From contig JAHDSQ010000004.1 of assembly GCA_018432615.1 (NCBI GenBank), positions 105,234 to 169,233 of the forward strand: a stretch of DNA of 64,000 bases, in the 5' to 3' direction. Shown piece by piece: positions 35,913 to 45,676 of this stretch. Source of the stretch: Clostridia bacterium. Its GTDB lineage: Bacteria > Bacillota > Peptococcia > DRI-13 > SM3-B62. Each line of letters begins with the position of its first letter. The first letter of the stretch is position 1. The notes below the pieces were generated by a model, which saw only the letters and a list, made by a program, of their open reading frames with translations, did no database searches and was not told the origin of the DNA. Both the position numbers and the translations under genes were made by a program.

Positions 35913-36971
35913 TTATTTTGCCCGCTCAATTTCATCCAAAAGGGCGCCGAACTGAGAACCATACTTCTCATAAACAGGCTTAACCGCATCCTGGAAGGCT
36001 TTGAGATCCGGGTCTTCAATTATTATCATGCCGTTGTCTTCAAGTTCCTTCAATTGAGCTGCCATCTGTTCGGCGTTATCTTTTCTTTCATGCGCTGCAG
36101 CGTCTTGTGCGGCTTTTTTCACGATATCTTGCAGATCCTCGCTTAAGGAGTCGAAGAGCTTTTTGCTCATCAGGAAAACGGCAGGAGCGTAGGAATGTTT
36201 GCTCATGGTCAGGTAATCCTGGGTTTCGTTTAACTTATATGAATAAATTACATTGATTGGGTTTTCCTGTCCGTCAATGGTCTTTTGCTGAAGGGCGGTC
36301 AAGGCGTCGGTCCAGGCCATGGGTACGGCATTTGCCCCCAAGGCATTGAAAGTATCAAGGTAGACAGGGTTTTCCATCACCCTTATTTTCAGGCCTTCAA
36401 TATCGGCCGGGCTCCTTACGGGTGTTTTGGAATTGGTTAGATTGCGGAACCCCCTTTCGGCATAAGCAAGTCCGACTAAATTGATACCTTTCAGGTTTTC
36501 CAGGATGTTTTGCCCGACTTGGCCATCTAAAATCTTGTAGGCTTCCTCTGCAGAGGCAAAGAGGAAAGGCATTTCAAATACGGCTATTTCAGGTAGGAAA
36601 TTTGCCACGGGACCGTTGGTGATTACGCCCATATCGATTGTGCCGACCTGCATCCCTTCAATTAAGGTGCGCTCATCACCCAATGTGGCGTTGGGATAGA
36701 TTTCAATCTTCAAATTGCCTTGGCTTTGTTCTTCCACCAGTTCTTTAAACTTGACTGCCGCGACATGGAAGCCGTCTTTTTCATTTACCACATGTGCAAG
36801 CTTAATGGTGATTGGCTGGTTTTCGTCGGCTTCCTCGGAAGTACCGGGGCTGCAAGCAGTCAGTGAGAAAGCAATAAGAAGAATGACGGCAGTAAAGAAG
36901 ACAGCAGTTTTTTTGATACTCACTTTACGAATCCTCCTTTTAATTCCAAATAGTAAATAAATAAAGAACAA
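35913..36971 (-). CDS. dctP: TRAP transporter substrate-binding protein (lipoprotein-type signal LTAC)
   Basis: IKLAHVVNEKDGFHVAAVKFKELVEEQSQGNLKIEIYPNATLGDERTLIEGMQVGTIDMG is a DctP-family pattern. The true start may be internal. Confidence 0.85.
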   Translation of the reverse strand: MFFIYLLFGIKRRIRKVSIKKTAVFFTAVILLIAFSLTACSPGTSEEADENQPITIKLAHVVNEKDGFHVAAVKFKELVEEQSQGNLKIEIYPNATLGDERTLIEGMQVGTIDMGVITNGPVANFLPEIAVFEMPFLFASAEEAYKILDGQVGQNILENLKGINLVGLAYAERGFRNLTNSKTPVRSPADIEGLKIRVMENPVYLDTFNALGANAVPMAWTDALTALQQKTIDGQENPINVIYSYKLNETQDYLTMSKHSYAPAVFLMSKKLFDSLSEDLQDIVKKAAQDAAAHERKDNAEQMAAQLKELEDNGMIIIEDPDLKAFQDAVKPVYEKYGSQFGALLDEIERAK

Positions 36972-36986
36972 AAAATTATTATCTGA

Positions 36987-37712
36987 TTATTCTCCCCCTT
37001 TCCCATTTGTTTTCACCCATTCCGGACTTAATACCTTTTGTGCAAAACGCAAGTGATTCTCCATTTCCTTGCGCGCCAACGCCGGATTCTTTGCATAAAT
37101 GGCTTGATATATTGCACAATGCTGGTCGTAGATTTGTCTTACGCCTCTATTTTTTTCCTTCACGAGAAGCTTCCAATTCTCACTGGAAATCTGGCTGATA
37201 TATCCTGTAAGGATATGAATTAGATTTGCGAGAAGAGGATTTCCGGTAGAAGAACCGATAATAGTATGAAAATTTACATCAAATTCTGAACCGACGGCAG
37301 GGTCTTCGGTCTTTATCAGTTCGGACAAACTAGTCTTCATCATCTTCAGGTCTTCCTTTGTTCTGTTGATTGCACTCAACTCGACGGAGGCTGTTTCCAG
37401 GATTCTTCGAACCTCAATAATCTCTTCCCTTTCTCCCTGTTCAAGCATGATTAATAATGATAAGGCTTTGGACGGGTTTTGAAAATCAAACGGAACCAAA
37501 TAGGTTCCATCACCTTGCTTGCATCTGAGTATCCCCAGTATTTCCAAAGCTGATATCGTTTCTCTGATTTTCCCCCGGTTGATACCCAGAATATTAGCTA
37601 ATTGATGTTCGGAATAGATTTTTTTGTCAGGCTTGAAGGTACCCTTAACAACACATTCGATTATTTTGTTTAGGATTACGTCATGTTTAGTCACCGTTCC
37701 TTTTGATTTCAT
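36987..37712 (-). CDS. GntR/FadR-family transcriptional regulator (wHTH + FCD domain)
   Basis: SEHQLANILGINRGKIRETISALEILGILRCKQGDGTYLV. The start at 37712 is supported by GAGGTG 9 nt upstream. The track's 303-aa version adds an unlikely N-terminal extension. Confidence 0.8.
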   Translation of the reverse strand: MKSKGTVTKHDVILNKIIECVVKGTFKPDKKIYSEHQLANILGINRGKIRETISALEILGILRCKQGDGTYLVPFDFQNPSKALSLLIMLEQGEREEIIEVRRILETASVELSAINRTKEDLKMMKTSLSELIKTEDPAVGSEFDVNFHTIIGSSTGNPLLANLIHILTGYISQISSENWKLLVKEKNRGVRQIYDQHCAIYQAIYAKNPALARKEMENHLRFAQKVLSPEWVKTNGKGGE

Positions 37713-38013
37713 TACTATTAACACCTCAAATGCGAAAATTCGCCTTTGTATGTGATTATATAAATTCTCTATTATTTCATCTGTTCCTTTACTTGTTAAC
37801 AAGTTTTTTGCGATTCTTTGGTCAATTGCACTTTTTTTATCACTGTGAAAGAATTCCACAATGTTCATTTTTTGCAGGGCCACAAAGAAACACGGCATTA
37901 CAAGCGGCTGAGAGGTATCAATTGTTTAATATTTAGTCATTGAGTGAGAGATTGATATCTCGGTATAAACGAAAAAGCGCCTGATATCAGGGGCTTTCGC
38001 CATTTGCGAGTTT

Positions 38014-38057
38014 TGGCATAATGCTTGCGTAAATAAATACCTGGCTTGCGGCTCGCA
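38014..38057 (+). promoter_or_regulatory. Two tandem sigma-54 (-24/-12)-like elements upstream of ilvC
   Basis: TGGCATaatgcTTGCg (38014-38029) has exact consensus spacing TGGCAC-N5-TTGC. cTGGCTtgcggcTCGCA (38041-38057) has GG/GC spaced 12 nt. Confidence 0.35.
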
Positions 38058-38168
38058 GCTTGAAATAACTATCAACACTATGGAAGGAGTGGAGTCCGGT
38101 GTAATAACAAAGAAGCATCCTCGGGAGTTTAACACAATAATTTTAGATCAATAAGGAGGAGTTTGTTT

Positions 38169-39176
38169 ATGACAAAGCTGTACTATGATAATGACTGTAA
38201 CATTGCCTTGCTGCAGGATAAGACGGTGGCGGTCATCGGGTATGGAAGCCAGGGTCATGCCCAGGCCCAAAACCTTCAGGAAAGCGGACTTAAGGTGGTA
38301 GTCGGCCTGCCGGAGGCCTTCGTTGAGGAAAGGGAGAAGGTTACTAATGACGGCTTGAAAGTTGTCAATACGGATGAGGCCGCCAAAATTGGCGATGTAA
38401 TAATGATCCTTACACCGGATCATATCCAGCCGTCCGTGTATGAAAAGGATATTAAGGGCAATCTGGAAGCCGGAAATGTTTTGATGTTTGCTCATGGCTT
38501 TAATATTCATTATTCACAGATTGTTCCGCCCAAAGATATCGATGTAATCATGGTAGCCCCCAAGGCTCCCGGCCACACTGTCAGGAGCCAGTACGTGGAA
38601 GGCATGGGAGTTCCTTGTCTGGTGGCCGTACACCAGGATTATTCAGGAAAGGCAAAAGAGTACGGCTTGGCCTATGCCAAAGGCATTGGGGCAGGACGTG
38701 CCGGAATTCTGGAAACCACATTTAATGAAGAAACCGAAACGGATTTGTTTGGTGAGCAGGCCGTCATCTGCGGTGGTGTAACAGAATTAATGAAAGCGGG
38801 GTTTGAAACCCTGGTTGAGGCCGGATATCAGCCGGAAATTGCCTATTTTGAGTGCATCAATGAAATGAAGCTGATAGTAGATCTGGTTTTCCAGGGCGGG
38901 TTTAAACTCATGCGGTATTCCATCAGTGATACGGCAGAGTTTGGTGACTACGTTTCCGGGAAAAGAATCATAACCGCAGAGACCAGAAAAGAAATGAGGA
39001 AAATATTGGCCGAGATACAAAGCGGTGTTTTCGCGACAAAATGGATCCAGGAAAACAATGCCGGTGGAAGAGCCGAGTTCCTGGCAATGCGCAGAAGAGA
39101 AGCAGAGCATCAGCTCGAAAAGCTGGGAGAGAAACTAAGAGGGATGATGAGCTGGATTAAGAAGGTCAAGATATAA
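38169..39176 (+). CDS. ilvC: Ketol-acid reductoisomerase
   Basis: [38 protein letters not shown]...FAHGFNIHY...[11 protein letters not shown]. Confidence 0.92.
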   Translation: MTKLYYDNDCNIALLQDKTVAVIGYGSQGHAQAQNLQESGLKVVVGLPEAFVEEREKVTNDGLKVVNTDEAAKIGDVIMILTPDHIQPSVYEKDIKGNLEAGNVLMFAHGFNIHYSQIVPPKDIDVIMVAPKAPGHTVRSQYVEGMGVPCLVAVHQDYSGKAKEYGLAYAKGIGAGRAGILETTFNEETETDLFGEQAVICGGVTELMKAGFETLVEAGYQPEIAYFECINEMKLIVDLVFQGGFKLMRYSISDTAEFGDYVSGKRIITAETRKEMRKILAEIQSGVFATKWIQENNAGGRAEFLAMRRREAEHQLEKLGEKLRGMMSWIKKVKI

Positions 39177-39341
39177 CAGTAGATATATGCGGGGAAAAGG
39201 GGAGTGTTGCAGGACTGTTTGGGGGCAGCTTGCGACGTTCCCCTTTGATACTGAGTTTGCCATGGTGCTTCCGCCTATGATCTGATTCCACTCATGATGT
39301 TTACAAATACCGGGTGAAAATGATAAAATGGCACTTGAACA

Positions 39342-39821
39342 TCAAACCGCCTTGCAGGATTGTGACTCGCGGCTTAAAAGTGAACCGAGGGGCATGGAGA
39401 ATTGGCCTCTTTTTTCCCAAGTAACGGGAACGTCAGGCCGTGCCAGATGGATGTCAAAAGTTTGGCCTTGGCAAAAGCCGCGCAGGCTGAAATTATGTTT
39501 TAACTCTGCGTAGTCCAGCACCCTATTGCTGGTTATTTTTAGCTTAAGGGAGGGTAAAATCCCGTCTGCAAGCCGGATGGGTTTTGCAGGTAGGGCCTCA
39601 AAGGGTTCCATAACAGGCAATGTTTGGTAGGTCCCTTCCCGTCCGCTGGCGGATACGATTTTGTGGGGAAGGATGCAGCAGTTCAAATCGTAATAATCTT
39701 TGCCGGTTCCTTGGGTTAAAAGTTCGTCGCCGGCATAAAGCTCCAAGCGGAAATAATGGTCGGGCCTTATTGTCAGTGTGAGTTCACTGACTAGTTCTAC
39801 GCCAAAGTTCATCATAATCAC
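39342..39821 (-). CDS. Hypothetical protein (159 aa)
   Basis: ORF between convergent/divergent housekeeping genes; no family recognised. Confidence 0.4.
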   Translation of the reverse strand: MIMMNFGVELVSELTLTIRPDHYFRLELYAGDELLTQGTGKDYYDLNCCILPHKIVSASGREGTYQTLPVMEPFEALPAKPIRLADGILPSLKLKITSNRVLDYAELKHNFSLRGFCQGQTFDIHLARPDVPVTWEKRGQFSMPLGSLLSRESQSCKAV

Positions 39822-39960
39822 CTCGAAATAAAATTTCCATTCTCTTTATCCGCAATATCTTACGTGCTGTGAAAAAAAAAGTGCCTGTTTGACTGAAAAC
39901 AGTTTAGATATATATTTATAAGTATTTTAAGAAGTAATTTAAGAAAGAGGGGATTTACTG

Positions 39961-41169
39961 ATGGCGGAAAAAATTAGCATAAAAAACGGTAAGCTTGTTG
40001 TACCGGATGAGCCTATAATTACATATATCGAGGGGGACGGCACCGGGCCGGATATTTGGCTGGCCACGAAGCAGGTAGTTGAAGCCGCGGTAGAAAAGGC
40101 CTATGCGGGAAAAAGGAAAATCGAATGGCTTGAGGTCTTAGCCGGTGAAAAGGCCTATCAAGCAGTAGGAGAATGGTTGCCGCAAGAGACGATTGATAAA
40201 ATACGGGAACACGTAGTTGCTATCAAGGGGCCCTTGACTACTCCGATAGGGGGAGGCTTCCGCAGTCTGAATGTTACACTGCGTCAGGTCCTTTCATTAT
40301 ATGCTTGCATCCGACCGGTGAAATGGCTGCAAGGCACGCCGAGCCCGGTGGTTCATCCTGAATGGGTGGATATTGTGATTTTCAGGGAAAATACCGAGGA
40401 TATTTATGCGGGGTTGGAGTGGGAGTGCGATGACGAGGCAGCTCGGCAGGTCCGCAGTTTTCTCAATGAGAAAATGTCATGTGATATCCCCGCGGACGCC
40501 GGCATAGGGATAAAATATATCAGCAGAACGGCTACGGAACGGATCATGCGTAAGGCGCTCAATTACGCTCTGGACAACAAACGTAAGACGGTGACGATAG
40601 TACACAAGGGAAACATCATGAAATACACAGAGGGGTCTTTTAAGAATTGGTGCTACGAGCTTGCACTGCGGGAGTTTAGGGAATATGTTATCACAGAAGA
40701 AGAGTTGCAGGTCGAAGGGGAAAAAGCCCGGGAGGGAAAAATCCTGGTTAATGACAGGATTACGGATAATATGTTGCAGCAGCTCTTGCTGCGCAGCAGA
40801 GAGTACGATGTCCTGGTTGCGCCAAACCTTAACGGAGACTATCTTTCCGATGCCGCAGCCGCCCAGGTGGGCGGCTTGGGGATGGCACCGGGAGGGAATA
40901 TCGGGGATTATACCGCGGTATTTGAGGCGACACATGGGACTGCCCCTAAATATGCGGGTCAAGATAAGGTCAATCCCGGTTCGCTAATCATGTCGGCAGG
41001 GATGATGCTGGATTATCTGGGCTGGCATGAAGCGGTGTGGATAATGGAGAGTGCCGTTGAAAAGACTATTATACAAAAGAAGGTCACCTATGATTTAGCC
41101 AGACAAATGAGAGGAGCTATAAAACAGAAAACCTCAGAGTTTGCTGAGGCGGTGGTAAATAACATGTAA
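39961..41169 (+). CDS. icd: NADP-dependent isocitrate dehydrogenase (homodimeric type)
   Basis: [15 protein letters not shown]...[22 protein letters not shown]...[27 protein letters not shown]. Confidence 0.9.
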   Translation: MAEKISIKNGKLVVPDEPIITYIEGDGTGPDIWLATKQVVEAAVEKAYAGKRKIEWLEVLAGEKAYQAVGEWLPQETIDKIREHVVAIKGPLTTPIGGGFRSLNVTLRQVLSLYACIRPVKWLQGTPSPVVHPEWVDIVIFRENTEDIYAGLEWECDDEAARQVRSFLNEKMSCDIPADAGIGIKYISRTATERIMRKALNYALDNKRKTVTIVHKGNIMKYTEGSFKNWCYELALREFREYVITEEELQVEGEKAREGKILVNDRITDNMLQQLLLRSREYDVLVAPNLNGDYLSDAAAAQVGGLGMAPGGNIGDYTAVFEATHGTAPKYAGQDKVNPGSLIMSAGMMLDYLGWHEAVWIMESAVEKTIIQKKVTYDLARQMRGAIKQKTSEFAEAVVNNM

Positions 41170-41325
41170 AATCCGCCCGGCGGGATAAGGTAGAATAGTG
41201 TGAGAAATTGCCGGATGATTGCCGGATAAGAGCTTGAATAAATCCTTGTCGCGGGGTATAATCATCTTTATATAAGTGCGGCATAATCATTGTTGTTATG
41301 TTCTAGCAAGAATTGGAGGGTATCT

Positions 41326-42738
41326 ATGATGAGAGATAAGAGGAAAATAGGAATTACTGATACAACCTGGCGAGACGGGCACCAATCGCTTTTGGCCACC
41401 AGAATGAAGGTTGATGATATGCTGCCCATCGCTGAGAAGATGGATAAGATCGGGTTCCACTCTATGGAGGTCTGGGGAGGAGCAACCTTTGATACCTGTA
41501 TGCGGTTTTTGAATGAAGACCCTTGGGAAAGGCTTGATAAAATCAGGGCAGTATTGAAAAATACTAAGATCCAGATGCTGTTGAGAGGGCAGAATCTGGT
41601 GGGATATAAGCATTATGCCGACGATGTGGTAGAGGAGTTTGTCAAAAAAGCGACACAGCACGGGATCGATATTTTCCGGATTTTCGATGCCATGAATGAC
41701 GTTCGCAATATGCAAAAGGCCATGGAAATAGCGAAAAAAGAAGGGGCCCATGTACAGGCAACGATATGCTATACGATTAGTCCGGTGCATGATAAGGAGT
41801 ATTTCCTAAAAATGGCTGGGGAACTGGCTGAATTAGGGGCGGATTCCTTCTGTATCAAGGATATGGCGGGGATTCTCAAGCCTTACATTGCTTATGACTT
41901 GGTCAGCACCTTAAAAGAACAATTCGGTTTGCCGGTTCAGATGCACACCCATTACACCAGCGGGATGGCTTCCATGATGTATCTGAAGGCCATTGAAGCA
42001 GGAGCCGGAGTGGTTGATACCGCCATTTCAACTATGGCGATGGGCACATCGCAGCCGCCGACCGAGTCGTTGGTAGCCACCTTAGCCGATACTCCGTATG
42101 ATACGGGCCTCGAGCTGAAGGCTTTGAAGGAGATAGCCGAATACTTTAAAGAGATAAGGGGCAAATACAAGGAGTTTGATGTTTATACGGCGGGAGTAGA
42201 CACTAATGTCCTGCTTTACCAGGTGCCCGGCGGGATGCTGTCGAACTTTTATACTCAACTTCAGCAGCAAAATGCCTTGGATAAATTGCCTGAGGTCTTG
42301 GCAGAGGTTCCCAGGGTGAGAAAAGACTTGGGTTATCCGCCCTTGGTAACGCCTACCAGTCAGATCGTAGGAACTCAAGCGGTTATGAATGTATTGCGAG
42401 GCCGATACAAAATGGTGACCAAAGAGGTGCGTGCCTATCTGCAGGGGCTTTACGGCAGGACGCCTGCGCCCGTTAACGAGGAAATCAGAAAGCAAGTCAT
42501 CAAGGATGAAGTGCCCATTACTCACAGGCCGGCGGATGATATTGAACCACAAATGAAACAAGCCAGGAAGGAAATCGGTATTTATTTGGAAAAAGAAGAA
42601 GACGTCGTCTCATACGCCATATTTCCTCAGGTCGCTCAAAAGTTCCTGGAGGAACGTTATGCGGCAAAAACCAACGTGGATTACAACCTGGCTCAGGAAA
42701 ACGAGGCCACAATGGGAGCTAAAGTTTATCCGCTGTAG
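41326..42738 (+). CDS. Carboxyltransferase (oxaloacetate decarboxylase alpha / pyruvate carboxylase B / transcarboxylase 5S type) lacking a biotinyl domain
   Basis: IGITDTTWRDGHQSLLATRM...EVWGGATFD...RGQNLVGY...HTHYTSGMA. The C-terminus ends ...ATMGAKVYPL with no AMKM biotinylation motif. Confidence 0.85.
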   Translation: MMRDKRKIGITDTTWRDGHQSLLATRMKVDDMLPIAEKMDKIGFHSMEVWGGATFDTCMRFLNEDPWERLDKIRAVLKNTKIQMLLRGQNLVGYKHYADDVVEEFVKKATQHGIDIFRIFDAMNDVRNMQKAMEIAKKEGAHVQATICYTISPVHDKEYFLKMAGELAELGADSFCIKDMAGILKPYIAYDLVSTLKEQFGLPVQMHTHYTSGMASMMYLKAIEAGAGVVDTAISTMAMGTSQPPTESLVATLADTPYDTGLELKALKEIAEYFKEIRGKYKEFDVYTAGVDTNVLLYQVPGGMLSNFYTQLQQQNALDKLPEVLAEVPRVRKDLGYPPLVTPTSQIVGTQAVMNVLRGRYKMVTKEVRAYLQGLYGRTPAPVNEEIRKQVIKDEVPITHRPADDIEPQMKQARKEIGIYLEKEEDVVSYAIFPQVAQKFLEERYAAKTNVDYNLAQENEATMGAKVYPL

Positions 42739-42770
42739 GGCGGCAGGGCTTGAATATAAAGCACAATGTC

Positions 42771-42801
42771 GAAAAATCCGGGAACTACGTCCGGGTTTTT
42801 C
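42771..42801 (+). terminator. Terminator-like hairpin
   Basis: gaaaaatccgg / ccgggtttttc arms (one G-U pair) around a 9-nt loop. Confidence 0.45.
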
Positions 42802-42884
42802 CGCGTTATTTCCCTCTTTCAGGCAGGAGATAGCCGTAAAATAAAGAATAAATTAAGTAAAATGCGGATTATTGGTGATAAACG

Positions 42885-44015
42885 ATGAAAAGAAGCTTGG
42901 AGAAAGTAGTTACCGAAACACTGGCCGCCGTAGAAAAAGGGAAAAACCAGATCTATGACATCGCGGAAAACACCAGGTCGGAGGCCGAACGGGTCAAAAG
43001 AGAGCTGGAGGAACTTCACAGACAGGTCATGACCACGATAGATAAGGTTGATTATCTCGAAAGAAGGGAAAAAGCAGCGCGAATGCGTTTAATGAGGGTC
43101 AGCCGCAATTTCAATGAATACACTGAAGAGGATGTACGGGACGCTTATGAGAAAGCCAGGGATCTGCAGGTAGAGTTGAGTTCTTTGCGGGAGAGAGAAC
43201 ACCAGCTTAAGCTGAGACGTAATGAATTGGAGAGAAGCTTGCGAAAGCTGGTGGATACGCTGGACAAAGCCGAAGGCTTTATGACTCAGGTCGGGGTGGT
43301 GCTGGATTATCTGGGAGGTAATCTGGAATGGATCAACAATGAATTGGAGATAGCTAATCAGAAGCGTCTTCTTGCTCCGAGAATTATTCAAGCCCAGGAG
43401 GAAGAACGAAGACGTGTGGCACGAGAGATACATGACGGACCGGCTCAGTCCATGGCAAATGTTGTCATGCGCTCGGAAGTTTGTGAAAAGTTTATGGAGA
43501 CCGATCAAGTAGCGGCTTGCCGGGAATTGCGGGAATTGAGAGAGATTGTTAAGCTGAGTTTGCAGGATGTGCGCCGGATAATATTCGACTTGCGTCCGAT
43601 GGCCTTAGATGATTTGGGTCTGGTGCCTGCTCTGTCACGTTATCTGGAAAAGCTGAAGGAACGATACGACGTGCCTGTTGAGGTCAAGTGCAAGGGTGCT
43701 CAGTGCAGGCTGAACTCACTCATTGAAGTAGCCCTTTTTAGGGTAGTGCAGGAAGCGGTGCAGAATGCTGTAAAACACGCTAACGCAAAAAAGATTGTTG
43801 TCAAGCTGGAATTGGAACCACAGCACATTATAGCGGTAATAGAGGATGACGGAATCGGTTTTGATTGCGAGGAATATTTGCGACAACCAAGAGAGAACAG
43901 TTATGGTTTGGTAGGGATGAAAGAAAGATTAGAGATTTTAGGGGGACAGTTATCGGTTAAATCGAATCCGAGTAATGGGACGGAAGTGTTGGCTATCTTG
44001 CCGTTAGACGTATAA
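42885..44015 (+). CDS. degS: Cytoplasmic sensor histidine kinase, DegS type (HisKA_3 + HATPase)
   Basis: Long N-terminal coiled coil with no TM segment; EERRRVAREIHDGPAQSMANV H-box; C-terminal DDGIGF...GLVGMKERLEILGG. Confidence 0.8.
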   Translation: MKRSLEKVVTETLAAVEKGKNQIYDIAENTRSEAERVKRELEELHRQVMTTIDKVDYLERREKAARMRLMRVSRNFNEYTEEDVRDAYEKARDLQVELSSLREREHQLKLRRNELERSLRKLVDTLDKAEGFMTQVGVVLDYLGGNLEWINNELEIANQKRLLAPRIIQAQEEERRRVAREIHDGPAQSMANVVMRSEVCEKFMETDQVAACRELRELREIVKLSLQDVRRIIFDLRPMALDDLGLVPALSRYLEKLKERYDVPVEVKCKGAQCRLNSLIEVALFRVVQEAVQNAVKHANAKKIVVKLELEPQHIIAVIEDDGIGFDCEEYLRQPRENSYGLVGMKERLEILGGQLSVKSNPSNGTEVLAILPLDV

Positions 44016-44029
44016 AGGAGGGGATATGT

Positions 44030-44692
44030 ATGCAACAGGATAAGATAAAAGTAGTAATAGTCGATGACCATCCTTTGGTAAGGGAAGGGCTGCGCAAGGT
44101 GTTGGCTATGGATGATGAGATTGTGGTGGTAGATGAAGCCGGCGACGGACAGGGAGCAATAAATATTGCGCGCAAGCTTCGACCGAATGTAATCCTTATG
44201 GACATTAACATGCCCGGTACCAACGGTATTGAAGCTACCAGAGTGATAAAAAGAGAACAGCCCAGGATTGGGGTAATAGCTCTAACGATTCACGAGGACG
44301 AGGAATACGTCTTGGAATTGGTCAGAGCGGGAGTTTCCGGATACGTGCTCAAGGACATTGCTCCGGCCAAGTTGTTGGATACAATCAAAACCGTAGCTTC
44401 GGGGAATTCGGTAATTGACCCTAGTATTACTAATAAGATTTTTTCTGAAATCAATCGCCTCTCCCGGCACCGCAAACAAAGGGGGGATTGGGAAAGGCTG
44501 ACTGATCGTGAGATGGAGGTTTTACAGCTCATGTCGAAAGGACAGAGTAATAGAGATATAGCCAAGCATTTGACCATTAGCGAAAAAACAGTCAAGAATC
44601 ATATAACGAACATCTTCAGGAAACTCCAGGTGGAGGATAGGACTCAGGCCGTGCTTTTTGCCTTGAAAAATCATTTGGTCGAGCTGCAATGA
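44030..44692 (+). CDS. degU: NarL/LuxR-family response regulator, DegU type
   Basis: KVVIVDDHPLVREGL...DVILMDINMPGTNG receiver, plus LTDREMEVLQLMSKGQSNRDIAKHLTISEKTVKNHITNIFRKL. Confidence 0.85.
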   Translation: MQQDKIKVVIVDDHPLVREGLRKVLAMDDEIVVVDEAGDGQGAINIARKLRPNVILMDINMPGTNGIEATRVIKREQPRIGVIALTIHEDEEYVLELVRAGVSGYVLKDIAPAKLLDTIKTVASGNSVIDPSITNKIFSEINRLSRHRKQRGDWERLTDREMEVLQLMSKGQSNRDIAKHLTISEKTVKNHITNIFRKLQVEDRTQAVLFALKNHLVELQ

Positions 44693-44755
44693 ACATTTGC
44701 CGTTCCCTGCGCATATATACTGGATAGGTGGTAAAACTCATCTTGCCTGAGGGGA

Positions 44756-45046
44756 ATGGCTGTGGGAATCTTGCTGATGCTGGCGGGTGTAATAATAATT
44801 ACTATTTTTGGTTTATACAAAATCCTCAAGGAGCTTAAGGCCGGGGATATTTATACCTTATATCTTATTGTTAAAGATCAGGAAGATTATGTTGAGGGTT
44901 ATCTCAGGAACGTGGTGAAACGAATCAAGCGGGAGGGGATACCCGGACGCCTAGTGGTATTAGTCGGGGCATCCCGTGACCAGACGGGGGCAATAGTTCA
45001 GCGCCTGGCAAGAAAGCTGTCGTTTATTGTCCGGGAAATAAATTAA
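44756..45046 (+). CDS. Small membrane-anchored hypothetical protein
   Basis: One N-terminal TM (ILLMLAGVIIITIFGLY); no family recognised. Confidence 0.4.
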   Translation: MAVGILLMLAGVIIITIFGLYKILKELKAGDIYTLYLIVKDQEDYVEGYLRNVVKRIKREGIPGRLVVLVGASRDQTGAIVQRLARKLSFIVREIN

Positions 45047-45125
45047 GGAATAATATAGTTTATATCTTCCGAAAGGAATTTTATTATATAATAGTGTCAG
45101 GGTTTGTATTGGAAGGAGTGTTGTA

Positions 45126-45464
45126 ATGGAAGATAAATTACTTAATATAATGGAAAAAATGTATAATGAGATTAATGACATGAAGACGATAATGGCAACA
45201 AAACAGGATATAACTAACATGAAGACGATAATGGCAACAAAACAGGATATAACTAACATGAAGACGATAATGGCAACAAAACAGGATATTACTAAAATTG
45301 AAATTAAAATAGAGAATGAAGTTGTTGATAAGGTTCGTGCTCTTTATGATAATAGAGAGATACAATCCGAAACAAACGAAAAAATATTAAATACTATAAA
45401 CCGCTTAGAGACAAAAATAGATGTACTGCAGAAGGAAACGGCACATGTTCGTAGAGTTAAATAG
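45126..45464 (+). CDS. Coiled-coil hypothetical protein with three tandem 13-aa repeats
   Basis: MKTIMATKQDITN is repeated 3 times. Visibly AT-rich gene with a strong terminator downstream. Confidence 0.5.
   Translation: MEDKLLNIMEKMYNEINDMKTIMATKQDITNMKTIMATKQDITNMKTIMATKQDITKIEIKIENEVVDKVRALYDNREIQSETNEKILNTINRLETKIDVLQKETAHVRRVK
45180..45296 (+). repeat. 3 x 39-bp perfect/near-perfect tandem repeat (in frame)
   Basis: Units start at 45180, 45219 and 45258 (atgaagacgataatggcaacaaaacaggatataactaac). The third unit differs at its 3' end. Confidence 0.9.
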
Positions 45465-45497
45465 CCTTGAATTGAAATTAAGATTTTATTATACAAA

Positions 45498-45529
45498 AGG
45501 GCTTGAGCCATAGGACTCAAGCCCTTTTT
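45498..45529 (+). terminator. Intrinsic terminator
   Basis: gggcttgag-ccatagga-ctcaagccc followed by ttttt. Confidence 0.7.
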
Positions 45530-45676
45530 GCACGGGTCGTGTAGTAGCAAAAAAATGGGGACTATTTGCTGATAAAAAATGAGTCGCTAGATTGATTACA
45601 TATATAAATAATTGTAATACAATTACGAAGAAAAGGACTATATTGTCTTATTAAGGTTAAGAAAGGGGCTGATTCC

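Noticed and set aside
36987-37898. Full 303-aa version of the GntR regulator
   Set aside because: The first 62 residues have no family similarity. A good RBS (GAGGTG, 9-nt spacing) precedes the internal ATG at 37712, which gives a standard ~240-aa FadR-type protein.
39822-39960. CodY box upstream of icd (gactgaaaacagttt, ataaaatttccat)
   Set aside because: There is only partial agreement with AATTTTCWGAAAATT, roughly 9-10 of 15 positions. AT-rich promoter regions give such matches by chance.
45180-45296. Possible CRISPR-like array (three identical 39-bp units)
   Set aside because: The units are directly adjacent with no spacers. They are in frame within an ORF and encode a 13-aa peptide repeat. 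No cas genes are present in the window.
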